Positions 11,350-21,747 of a DNA stretch of 24,541 nucleotides are shown in pieces; position 1 is the first letter of the stretch; each line of letters opens with the position of its first letter. The DNA lies in the NCBI GenBank assembly GCA_000388065.2, contig KB932203.1; one strand, written 5' to 3'. Below the pieces are notes generated by a model. The model was not told the origin of the DNA. It saw only the letters and a list, made by a program, of their open reading frames with translations, and did not search any database. A program made the position numbers and the translations under genes. This stretch comes from Fonticula alba ATCC 38817 (lineage: Eukaryota > Protista > Nucleariida).

Positions 11350-11676
11350 TTAGCCGGAGGTAGTGGTCTCCGCGGTGGGGTCCTGGGCGCTTGCCGGGTC
11401 GGTCGGCGACACGGTGCCAGATCCAGCGGCGCCAGGATGCTGCTTCAGCAGGGGAGCCACCCCGGTGGCACCGGTCGGCGCTCCGGCGGCATGGTGCTCA
11501 AGGGTGGCCAGGCGCGGCGTACCCGAGGAGGACCCCGGAGCCGAGGCCGGCAGGGACAGCGACGAGGAGGCCGAATCCGGGGAGGGACCAGCCGTCTCGG
11601 CAGTGATCAGGGCGCTGTTGCGTCCGAGCTCCATATCATAAAAGTGTCCCGAGGAAGGGCCGTTCGGCAGGGCACC

Positions 11677-11712
<36 letters not shown>

Positions 11713-11941
11713 TCCAAGCCCGAGGCTGCCCAGCTGGTGGTGATGATGGCCAGTGGCCCCGAGAAGGGAAACCGACGGGTGGTGATGGCCGGGAAGGGCG
11801 GCCGAGCTGGCCGGGTGATACAGCAACGAGCTCGGCGTGCCGAGGGCATGGCCAGCAAAATGGGAAGGACCTAGGGGAAAACCGGCACGTGTGAGGGAGA
11901 ATTCGCCGACGCAATTAGTTTAGGATGGAAGGGGAAGAGCG

Positions 11942-11979
<38 letters not shown>

Positions 11980-14900
11980 GGAGGGAGAGATGGGGGGAGG
12001 GAGAAATGGAGGGAGCGAGAGATGGAGGGAGCGAGAGATGGAGGGAGCGAGAGAGCGAGAGCAGAGCCGAATGGTGGAATAATCGGCGGGGGATCGGCAA
12101 TCGGTGGGAAGACGCACCAGCACCGGCAGTGGAATCCAGCAGCCCGCCGATTGTCAGGGCCGAGGGGTTGCGGAAGTCATGGGCACCACCGTGCGAGGAA
12201 AAGGGATGGGCATGGTGCAGGGAGATGCCGGCGCCGCTGGGGCCCGGGCCCGCCGAAAAGGGAGACAGGTCACTACGGGAGGGAATGAAAAGCCCAGATC
12301 CGGGAGGACCACCGGAGGGGACCCCGGGCCCGGAGCCGGTCGGCTCGGCCAGGGTGTCACTCGACAGCGAGTGCGGAACCAGCAAGGCATCCGGCGAGAC
12401 GGCGGGCTGATCGCCGCCGGCGGGTGGCGAGACACCGCCCGCCTCGGCTGCCGCCGCGGCCAACAGCGACAGGTCATTGTCCGCGTCATCCAAGAAGGAG
12501 GCGGCCACCGCCGCGGCAGAGGAGACACTCAGCGAGGAGGCCCCGGCCCCGGCAGAGGCGCCGGTCGCCGCGCTACTCAGCAAATGGACAGGCGTGTGCA
12601 AGGAGGAGGCCCCGCCGAAGGGGACAAAGCCGCCATGCTGCTTCATGGCCGCCGAGAAGGATAGGGCCCCTCCGGGGCCGGTCCCGGGGCCGGCCCCGGG
12701 ACCCAGGAAGTCACTCAGCAACAGGCCACCCATCGGGTAGGACTCGAAGGGATTGAAGGTGCCACCGCCGGTGCTGGCGGTCGTGCCGCCGGGAGCCACC
12801 ACCGAGGACGGGGGAACACCGGCGGGTCCACTCGAGGGGGCGCCCCCTCCCGGGACGATGGCCACACCAGGGGCCGCCGGGTCGGCGACCTTGCCGGGCG
12901 GGGAGATCCCGGTCCCGACGGCCGCCGAAGCCGCCAGCGGGTGCTTCGGCGAAGTGGGCGGCGAGGTGGGGCCCCCGGCGCCGGGGCCGGGAGCCGCTGC
13001 TGGGGCGCCAGGCACGGCCGGTGCCCCGGCCGGACCGAGTCCAAGCGACGACACATAGGGCTGCAGGAGCGACGGCCCGGCCAGGGAGAAGGCCGAAGCC
13101 GAAAGGGCCCCGGCTCCCGGGCGCAGGAGACCGCCATTGAGCAGTGCGGACCCGGCATCGCCGGGCCGGTGGCCGGCAGTGGCACCGGGCCCCGCTCCGG
13201 AGCCCGGAGCAGCGTGCATCATATGGTGCCCATGGTGCGAGTGCAGATGGTGCGAATGCAGCTGATGGTGAGAATGGTGATGAGCATAGGAGTCCAGCCC
13301 CGGGTGGAGGGCCCCGGCTCCGGGGCCGAAATTGAGTGACCCACCGCCGGAGGTGACAAATGCCCCCACACTGCCAATGGGCCCAGGGAAGGCGGCTCCA
13401 CTGCCCGGACCGGCGCCGGTAGCCGGGGAGGTCCCGCTCCCGGGGCCGGAAGCCCCCGAGGGGGACACCACTCCTCCGGTGGACGCGACACCCGGGCCAG
13501 CCACCGGGCCCGAGGCCACGCGCGAGCCGACCGCACCGAAGTTCAGCCCGGAAGAAGGGCTCGACAGGGAGGAAGGCCCGCCGCTGCCGCTGCCGCTGCC
13601 GCTGCCGGCAGAAGACCCGGCCGAGGCATCGGACCCGGCTGCCACACCGACAACCGTCGGGGGGGTGGTGTTGCCGCTGCCGGTGGAACTGACCGGCAGT
13701 GGGGGAATACCATGCTCAATGGAGGCGGTGGCCACGGCTGCCAAGCCACCGGGAGAGGCCGCCGACGGGGAGCCCCCGATAGAGGACGAGGAGGAAGAGG
13801 CGGAGGCGGAGGCGGAGGCGGAGGCGGAGGCGGAGGCGGAGGCAGAGGCAGAAGTGGAAGCCGAAGCCGAAGAGCCAGCCACCGCAGCAGTGACGGCGGG
13901 CACCGCTGCCGGCGGCGAGGGAGACGAGGACGAGGGGGAAGGCACTGCCATTACTGAAGGGGAGGGGGCCGTCGGGGCGGAGGCTGCGGCAACGGCAGCG
14001 GCCGCGGCCGCCGCGGCTGCCGACCGACCAATGCCTGCCGGGGGCCGGGGGCGCGGGGTGGCACCAGGGACAGGAACAGCGAGCGCATCACCGGCCGATG
14101 GCGGGATCGGTTGGGCAAGCTGCGAGGGGGCGGCCACCAGCTGGGCCGGGGAAACCATGCCAACCGGACCACCGGCGGCCACCGTGGGGAAGGCTGGCCG
14201 CGGAGCACGGACGGGCCCGGTCGAGGGGCCGGCCGGCGGGGGAAGCCGGTGCGTGGAGGACGGAGCGCCCCCGGCCGACGACGACGACGACGACGACAAC
14301 GATGCGGCACCGGTGACAGGAGCAGGTGGCCGGGCCAGGGGGGCGCGGATGCTGCCACCGCCGGCCGCCGGACCAGCGCTCGGTGACGGATGCCCCGGGC
14401 CGGCGATGGTCCCGCCGCTCGGCAGGTTCGACGGCGACAAGATCGACACATCGCCACCAGGGCCATCGGCCACCGAGGGGGGCATGTGCCGGCCGGAAAG
14501 AGTCGGCGAGGAGACCCCCCCTGGGCCGGTGGGGCCGCCGTGAGACTTGCCGGTGGTGGTGGCGGCGGCGGCGGTGGTGGTGGTGGTGGGCAGGTGGTGA
14601 CCGGCGGCCGGGGGAGTGGTAGTCCCGCTGTTCGGGGTGGCATTCAAAGACGAGTGGCTGGGGCGCCGGCTGGGGAAGCCGCTGCCATCGCCCCCCGGGG
14701 AAAGGTGCGCCGGGGCACCGAGAGAACCAGATCGACCGCGCGAGATGTACGACGAATCGAGCCCAAGCTGGTGTGGCGGTCGAAGCGAGGCAGAAGAGAC
14801 CGGAGGGATGGGGAACGAAGGGGAAAAGGGAGGAGGGTCAGGATCATTGCCAGAAGGATGGCCAAGAGAGGGGACCGGGGGGGGTGTGCCATGGGGCGCT

Positions 14901-15367
14901 GTGGGTTTGCCTGTTCGCGCGGAGGAGGTCTCGGCGCCTCGACCCAGCTGTCCCCCCCGCCCCCGCCATGGAGCCGAGGCAGTCCGGGAAGTTGTATGGC
15001 AGGGCCAACTTCCCGCGAAGGGTTGTCGACAGGATGTGATACCCGAGGAGGATGGACGAGGTGGCCCGCTGGCCGGTCGGGCTGGCCAGGGCCGCGGGGG
15101 GGGGGGGGAGGCAGGGGGGATGGAGGAGAAGGAGAGCCAGCCAGGCCCCGAGGGCGGACCGGGTGGAGACGCGAGACGCACCTTTCCGGCGGAGGACTTG
15201 CCCGATGTTACGGGGAAGACGCCGGGATTATCGTGCCCGGCACCGCCGAGAGACACGCCACCCTGTGGCCCGTGGCCATGGCCATGGTGATGGTGGTGGT
15301 GGTGGTGGTGGTGGTGGTGAAGCGGGCCGCCCGGGCCCGTGCGCATGTTGCTGCCACTGCCGCCGCT

Positions 15368-15411
<44 letters not shown>

Positions 15412-17087
15412 TGCCACCGCGGTGACCGCCAGGCCCACCGCCGTGGATGCCCAAGTGGGCGATGTTGAGCCCGGCAGCCGAGTACTCGTCCTCCGGGTTC
15501 ATCGGATCCGGGGGGTAGGCAATGGCCGCGCGACCGGGGCTGAGGTCACGATCACGACCGGTGCCGGCGCGCATGGCAGCCCGGTCGCGAGCCTTCTCCG
15601 ATCGCTGGGCCAGGAACTCCGGTGTCCCGCGCGGGTAGTAGGGGTACTTGTTGGTGGTGTAATTGACCTCGAAGGAGCGCTGGGCACGCTCGATTTGGAG
15701 TTCGCGATTCCGCAGGGACACGCCGTTATTGCGAACGGCCAGCTCCAGGCTTTCGGCATGCTCATAGACGATGAAGCCGTAGCCGCGCGAGCCGCCGTTC
15801 TTGTCCCGGACGTATGTCGCATACTTGACCTTGCCGTATTTGGAAAAGAAGTCCCCGACGTCTTGGTCGGTGACATCGTGCGGGAGATTCTTCACATGCA
15901 CGACAAAGGCATCGGGGTTGTTGCTCCAATCATCCAGCGGATGAAGCCAGTGCCGAGCGGGTCGGGGATTGTTGCTGGAAGCGGGGGAGGGGCAGGGGGA
16001 AGGTGTGAGGATCGGGAATGCTGAGAGGGAAGAGAGAGGGAGAGGGAGAGGGAGAGAGAGAGAGAGAGAGAGACCGAAGGAGGCAGAGAAGGGGCAGGGA
16101 GACGCAAACGCACTTGTAGGTGCGGGCATTGCCACTGGGACCGGAGGAGGCCGGTGGCGGGGGCATACTGGAAGAGGCGTGAGGGAGGAGATCCTGCTCG
16201 GGATTGGGGCCAGCAGGGGAAGAGTGGAAGTAACTGCCGGGGAAGGCATCGGCCCCGCGGGTTGGGGCGAAGGACATGTGCGCATGAGGACCACCGTTGT
16301 TTGCGCCGGCCCCGACGGCATTACCACCGGGCCCGAGGCCGGGGTGGCCAGCACCGCCATGGCCGCTGGCATTGCCACCGCCATGACCCCCGCCGCCACC
16401 GGGACCGCTGCCGCCAGGGGCCGCGGAAGTCAATGAAGACCCCGATGAGGAGGTGGCATGGGTGTCATCGGTGCGGCGGCCACGACGGCCACGGCGCTGA
16501 TTTGAGGATGACCCGCCAGATCCGCCGGAACGGCCGCCAGAGGGCCCGGAGTTGGGTCCACCAGAGGCAGGCAGAGAGGACCCAAAGCCACCGGGGCCAG
16601 ACGGCGGCAGCGAGGCAGCGGAAGGGGCAACGTGGGGCATGGGGGAAGCGGAGGAGTGGTGAACTCCGAGATGATGACTGGGCGGCCGCCGAGCCGGGGG
16701 GGCGGGTGTCAGGGACCGAGGCCGGGTGGCGGTGGCGGCGGTGGCGGCGGTGGGGACGGTGGCGGCGGTGGCGGCGGTAGCAACGGCAGGAGGACGCGAA
16801 GAGGGGCGCGCGTACGAATGGCCGACACCGGGGGGGAGAGCGTGATGGATCTGCGGATGCGGGGGGCTCGGGTGCCCGGGACCGCCGCCGCCGCCGGAGG
16901 AAGAAATCCGGCCGCCGTGGTGCCCACCGCCGTAGGACGGGGGATGGCTGCCTATCGATGAAGGGAGGGGGCTGTTGCCGCTGCCGCCGATGGTGCTGCT
17001 GCTACTGCTGCTGCTGCTGCTGTGGTGACCGCCCTGGCCAGTTGGCTGGTCTCGAGCTGACGCAGAACCGGACGAGGGATCGGTCAT
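11350..17087 (-). CDS. Single-RRM RNA-binding protein with very long Gly/Ser/Ala/Pro/His-rich low-complexity regions, 4 exons, about 1645 aa
   Basis: Exons (minus) 17087-16114, 15974-15182, 14767-12118 and 11870-11350 total 4938 nt with consistent phases. All three donors are GTGCGT; acceptors are CAG, CAG, TAG; a CTAAT branch-like motif lies in intron 3. This stitches ORF-track segments 15930..17951, 11915..16399 and 11350..11826. The start ATG (MTDPSS) and the status of intron 2 are less certain. Confidence 0.75.
11969..12048. repeat. Intronic minisatellite, 5 x 16 bp (consensus GAGAGATGGAGGGAGS)
   Basis: Units at 11969, 11985, 12001, 12017 and 12033, adjoining a (GA)n run in intron 3 of the RRM gene. 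Confidence 0.85.
13797..13850 (-). repeat. Coding hexamer repeat (GAGGCG)7+2 on + encoding a (Ser-Ala)n tract
   Basis: Seven perfect GAGGCG units then two GAGGCA units; reads SASASASA in the RRM gene. Confidence 0.9.
15680..15907 (-). other. RRM domain within the low-complexity protein
   Basis: RNP2-like VHVKNL and RNP1-like RGYGFIVY at canonical spacing: FVVHVKNLPHDVTDQDVGDFFSKYGKVKYATYVRDKNGGSRGYGFIVYEHAESLELAVRNNGVSLRNRELQIERAQ. Confidence 0.93.
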
Positions 17088-17146
17088 GCCTCGGCGCAAT
17101 GCACGATGGGGGGCAGGGTCGCGCGCGCGAGAGGAGCGGGGGGGGG

Positions 17147-17221
17147 NNNNNNNNNNNNNNNNNNNNNNNNNNNNNNNNNNNNNNNNNNNNNNNNNNNNNN
17201 NNNNNNNNNNNNNNNNNNNNN
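17147..17221. other. Assembly gap (75 N) upstream of the RRM gene start
   Basis: N run between G tracts. Confidence 0.99.
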
Positions 17222-18116
17222 GGGGAGGGGAAGAGCAAGTGCGAGAAGGCCGGCTCGAAAGGAAGGGGCAGGGAAGCAAGGGTGCGATCGTACGGCAGAG
17301 GGGCTTCAGGCGGCGTGCTGTGACGGCAAAGGCGGGAGGCAGGGGCGGGGAGGAGGAAGCGGAGGAGGCGGAGGAAGCGGAGAGCTGGCGGGAGCCAGCC
17401 AGGCGCGTGGGCGAAGGAGGGCTCGCGAAAATGTGGACGGGGAGAAACGGAGCACGCGCGAGAAAGGGAGAGGGGAAGGGGAAAACGAAGACAGAATGTT
17501 GCGAGAGGAGGGGGGAAGGGGAAACTTCGAGGGGGAGGGGGGCCTGTATGGTGGGGCTTGGCCCTGGGGTGCGCTCGCCGATGCTGGAAGGTGTCAATTC
17601 AAACCTCCAATCGGGCCCGGGCTTTCCGGTCGCCCGGTCCCCGCTGCCGCCGCCCTTTCCGGCCGGTGCTCGCCTCGGGCGAAGAGTCGCGATGAAAGAG
17701 GGCCTGTGCCCGGGGGGGGGGCGGGGGGGGCGCCGCAAGTGGAGACAATGCGGCACGCCCGCCTCACGTTCTTGGGCGCGTATCCCCTCGTGCCCGAGCG
17801 GCCGGTGCTTTCGCTCGGTCGACCGGGAGCGTCTCGCGCGCTTGTCACTCTGTCCGGCTCCCCGGTCCAAGGAGGACATTTTCCCACCGCCAAAGCGTTC
17901 CGTGGAGGCGAAGTCACAGCGCGCACACCGGGGGCCGGCAAGCGGGAGCATACATCGGCAACTACAGTCGTCTGTCAGCGCCGACCTGGTCCGCCCGGGC
18001 TACCCCCCCCCCCCTCTGCCTCCCCACGCCCGGGGGGGGGGGGGGCCGGCCACAGGCCGCCGGGCCACAGACGGGAAGACAGCTGCCGCGAATGGACGAG
18101 ATGCACCGGTGCATGA

Positions 18117-18127
18117 GCATGCGCGCG

Positions 18128-18173
<46 letters not shown>
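18117..18173. repeat. Composite GCAT-(GC)n-(AC)n alternating purine-pyrimidine tract
   Basis: gcatgcgcgcgcgt followed by about 21 AC units. Confidence 0.9.
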
Positions 18174-18176
<3 letters not shown>

Positions 18177-20132
18177 GGACAGACAAACGGCGCCGGTTAC
18201 CTTCCTCGGGGGAGGGGGGTTTTCGCTCGCGGGTCCTCTCCGGCCCGGGCTCGGTGGAGCTGCTGGCCCGGGTCGCGCTTTTGCGAATGCCTGTCCGAGT
18301 GCTTTTGAGAACGCCCCGGCCCGCGCACCGTGACGGCAAACATGGCCCCCCCCCCCCGAGGCCCCCCCCTCCCCGGCCGTCCGGAGCGGCCTCGGACGCG
18401 CACCCCGGGCACGACGGGGGGCGGGGGGCTTTTGCGCCGGCCAGGGCCGTCCGGCATTTTCCTCGACCATGCCCTCCCCCGGGGGTGGGAGCGTCAATTT
18501 AATGCCACAGGGCCCAAAATGCCCAAAGGGGCGCGGGGCGGGGCCTCTCTTGTGCACCGGGTGGGGCGCCCATCATTCGGCCCCGCCCTGCCGCCCTTTC
18601 GCAGCGCCCGGCCCCCCGCCCTCCCGGTGACCGGGGTGTCGCGGGGCGGGGCGGGGCGGGGCGGGGGGGCCCTACGGCGGGCGGCGTCCGCCCCGTCACA
18701 CCCGGCGAGGGGGCTTCCAAGTGGCGGGGGCGGGGGTGATTGTGGCGCCCCGGTGCGCAATCGCAGCCCTGGGACTCGTCTGGGACCGCCGGGCCCCGGC
18801 ATCCGGAGCCCTGGCAAGCCGGGTGAAAGGGGTCCCGAGCGAGACATTAATTTGTGGAGCGTTCCGGCGGGCGCACTGAGGCTTTTTTCGTGGCCCCCCC
18901 CCCCCCCCGGAGGACCAGGGAGTAGCCGGCCCGAAAGATCAGCCCGCCGTCCGGCTCGCCCCCCCGCCCCCCCCCCCACATGTTGGGGAGGGAGGCGGAC
19001 AGAGCGGCAGAGGTGGTGGGGGCCGGGGCGTGCGGGGTGGTGGAGCACTTGACGGGTGACGGCGCGCAGCGGCACATCCACGGTGTAGGGTCGTGGGGGC
19101 CCCCGCACAGCAGCCACCACTGCCAGTCTGAACTTTGAGATGGGCCGGCCCCGAAGGGGGGGTTGGGCGGCCTTGCCCCGCGCTCTGTCGGCGAGAGGCG
19201 GGCGCGGGCCTCAAGCCGGGCGGAAGGCCGGCAAGACGCAGTGGACGAGGGGGCGCCGCACACACGCACACACACACACACACGCCCCGGACAAGAGAGC
19301 GACAGAGAAAGGAGATAGCGAGAAAGGCGGGAAAGCATGGCAGGGCCGTGGTCCCGCAGTTGAGGGCCCGGCGGGGGGGAGGGACGGGGGGGGGGGGGGG
19401 GGGGGGTCGCTGTAACGATCGCGCAATGATCGGGCGGGGGACAATCCCCGCTCCCGAGGGGCGGGCCGGCCGGCGAGGGGAGACACGGTTAGGCCTGCGA
19501 ACAAAAGGAATGCGCTCCCTCCAGTTGCCCGTCAACACGAGGCGTGTCCGAGATGGACAGGCAGACGAACACCGTTCTGCCCTGCCCCCCCCCCTCCCTC
19601 CCCCCGGCCCCGCCCCTGCGCAGCCGAGCCCTGTTGGCCTCTCGGGCCCGGCCCCTGGCCGCGAGCAATCGGCGAGCAGCCAAGCAGGGCCCGCTGGTCT
19701 CTGGCCCGTTCAGTGGGCACAATCAGCCCGAGGGACTCGGCTTGGCGGGACGGAGAAGACTATGTCCACCTGGAGGTGGGCGGCTTTCGAGAATGGACGC
19801 GCCTGTTGGAGGGCATTGTTCCCGCCGCCGCCCAGCCCCCCCCCGCTTGCCAGCTGAGTGCCCCGACCGATGAGCGACATCTGGGTCAGTGGGGAAATCC
19901 GAGTCCTGAGGCCCCCAGCCTGGAAGAACTCACACCGGGGGAATATAAAATAACGATATCTAACTACCTTCGACAGGACCGGCCTGTGCGGGAAGGGGGG
20001 GCGGAAGACCAGAGACTGCCTCGCTCCTGGGCGTACAGGCCTTTGTGGGGATCCGGGTCACATCCTGCTGCCGGGCCAGAATGCCAGTTTCCCAGCGAAC
20101 CCGACTGCCCCCCCCTCTCTCTCGCGCTGCTC

Positions 20133-20846
20133 NNNNNNNNNNNNNNNNNNNNNNNNNNNNNNNNNNNNNNNNNNNNNNNNNNNNNNNNNNNNNNNNNNNN
20201 NNNNNNNNNNNNNNNNNNNNNNNNNNNNNNNNNNNNNNNNNNNNNNNNNNNNNNNNNNNNNNNNNNNNNNNNNNNNNNNNNNNNNNNNNNNNNNNNNNNN
20301 NNNNNNNNNNNNNNNNNNNNNNNNNNNNNNNNNNNNNNNNNNNNNNNNNNNNNNNNNNNNNNNNNNNNNNNNNNNNNNNNNNNNNNNNNNNNNNNNNNNN
20401 NNNNNNNNNNNNNNNNNNNNNNNNNNNNNNNNNNNNNNNNNNNNNNNNNNNNNNNNNNNNNNNNNNNNNNNNNNNNNNNNNNNNNNNNNNNNNNNNNNNN
20501 NNNNNNNNNNNNNNNNNNNNNNNNNNNNNNNNNNNNNNNNNNNNNNNNNNNNNNNNNNNNNNNNNNNNNNNNNNNNNNNNNNNNNNNNNNNNNNNNNNNN
20601 NNNNNNNNNNNNNNNNNNNNNNNNNNNNNNNNNNNNNNNNNNNNNNNNNNNNNNNNNNNNNNNNNNNNNNNNNNNNNNNNNNNNNNNNNNNNNNNNNNNN
20701 NNNNNNNNNNNNNNNNNNNNNNNNNNNNNNNNNNNNNNNNNNNNNNNNNNNNNNNNNNNNNNNNNNNNNNNNNNNNNNNNNNNNNNNNNNNNNNNNNNNN
20801 NNNNNNNNNNNNNNNNNNNNNNNNNNNNNNNNNNNNNNNNNNNNNC
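20133..20846. other. Assembly gap (714 N)
   Basis: N run followed by a poly-C tract. Confidence 0.99.
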
Positions 20847-21154
20847 CCCCCCCCGGTTTAGCTGTCTCGCTCTCTTTTTTGTCATTGTGCGTGGTATCCT
20901 TTTTTTTCTTTGAGCCCCTTCCGTTCCCTCCTCCGGGCTGTGCCGCCCTGCCCGGCCTCTCCACGACGGGCTTCTCCCCCGGGCATCGGATGCTCTGTCC
21001 GTACCTCGTGCCCCCTCCTGCTCCTACAAGTGCGGTCGCGAGGGGGGGGGGGGGGGGCGTCGCGGGGGCTGTCCGTATGGAACATTCTCGGCCGGCCGAT
21101 GGAAAAGCCCTGCGAACGGCGGTCACGCCCCCATGGCTCGGCAGCGCGGGAGAT

Positions 21155-21747
21155 TGTAGCAGGGTTCACACGGGTTAAGCCTAAGTCAAGTGAGTGAGGC
21201 TTGACGAAGGGTACCAGTGTGATCTGCCACCTGGTTAGTAACCTCTTGGCATGAAGGAGGGGACATACCAACCAGCGGTTCACGGTCGTCTGTTACCAGA
21301 TGAGTCAGTAACTCGGCTTGAGACGAGTTAGTGGCAAGCGAAAATAGAAAGGAACTCGGATGTTAAAAAGGGTTCGAGAGGAAGCCTTAGAACAGGTGTT
21401 CGTCGGCCTAACTGGTGCTTCGGCTATACTTCCGTATACTCTTCGACACACAGCTGCTAAGGCTTTCGCTCTCAGGAGGCTCTCAACGAGAGTCCCCCTT
21501 TTTGACCTTTGGGCTCGGTCAGGGGTTGGAACTGAGAACCCCGCGGCTGGGCCCGCCCACCCGCGTATCTCCGTCCTCGGTCGAGCGTTTATGCCGCTCG
21601 GCCTCGGCGGCCACCTGGCTGTTGTTCTACCCCGCATTCCTCTCCGAGGAATGCTGTTCTGGGATGCTATCATTCCCACGATGTAACACGTGTGGCAATT
21701 CACTCACGTGTTGCTTCATCTATCGTTTACATGGGGATTCCACTACA
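21155..21747. mobile_element. Probable solo LTR of an LTR retrotransposon (593 bp); superfamily undetermined
   Basis: Begins TGTAG (21155-21159) and ends CTACA (21743-21747), a 5-bp terminal inverted repeat with canonical TG...CA. Flanked by identical GAGAT at 21150-21154 and 21748-21752. GC is visibly lower than the flanks and there are no microsatellites or long G/C runs. No gag/pol is adjacent. Confidence 0.72.

Noticed and set aside
13332-16024. Long + strand ORFs of 403 aa and 544 aa
   Set aside because: They are antisense shadows of the GC-rich RRM gene coding strand, with no domain motifs.
21176-21185. TAAGCCTAAG looks like a telomerase RNA template for (TTAGGC)n; a downstream three-way junction loosely recalls CR4/5
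   Set aside because: I found no U-rich/A-rich pseudoknot downstream of the putative template, the P6.1-like loop lacks the conserved U/G residues, the organism's telomere repeat is unknown, and TIR plus TSD explain the region as an insertion. Reconsider only if the telomeres are TTAGGC and the locus is single copy and transcribed.
21297-21343. CAGATGAG...CGAAA resembles a hammerhead ribozyme core
   Set aside because: The core is CAGAUGA rather than CUGAUGA, and no stem II or stem III closes in the right register.
21488-21740. GAGAGTCCCC and ATGGGGATTC resemble RNase MRP CR-I/CR-V (P4 helix)
   Set aside because: The pairing lacks the conserved bulged U, CR-V lacks the conserved A-C start, and the CR-IV-like GAGTTA lies upstream of CR-I, which is the wrong order.
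21741-21747. CACTA at the right end of the insert suggests a CACTA/EnSpm transposon
   Set aside because: CACTA elements begin with CACTA and end with TAGTG with 2-3 bp TSDs; here the motif is internal and in the wrong orientation, and the TSD is 5 bp.
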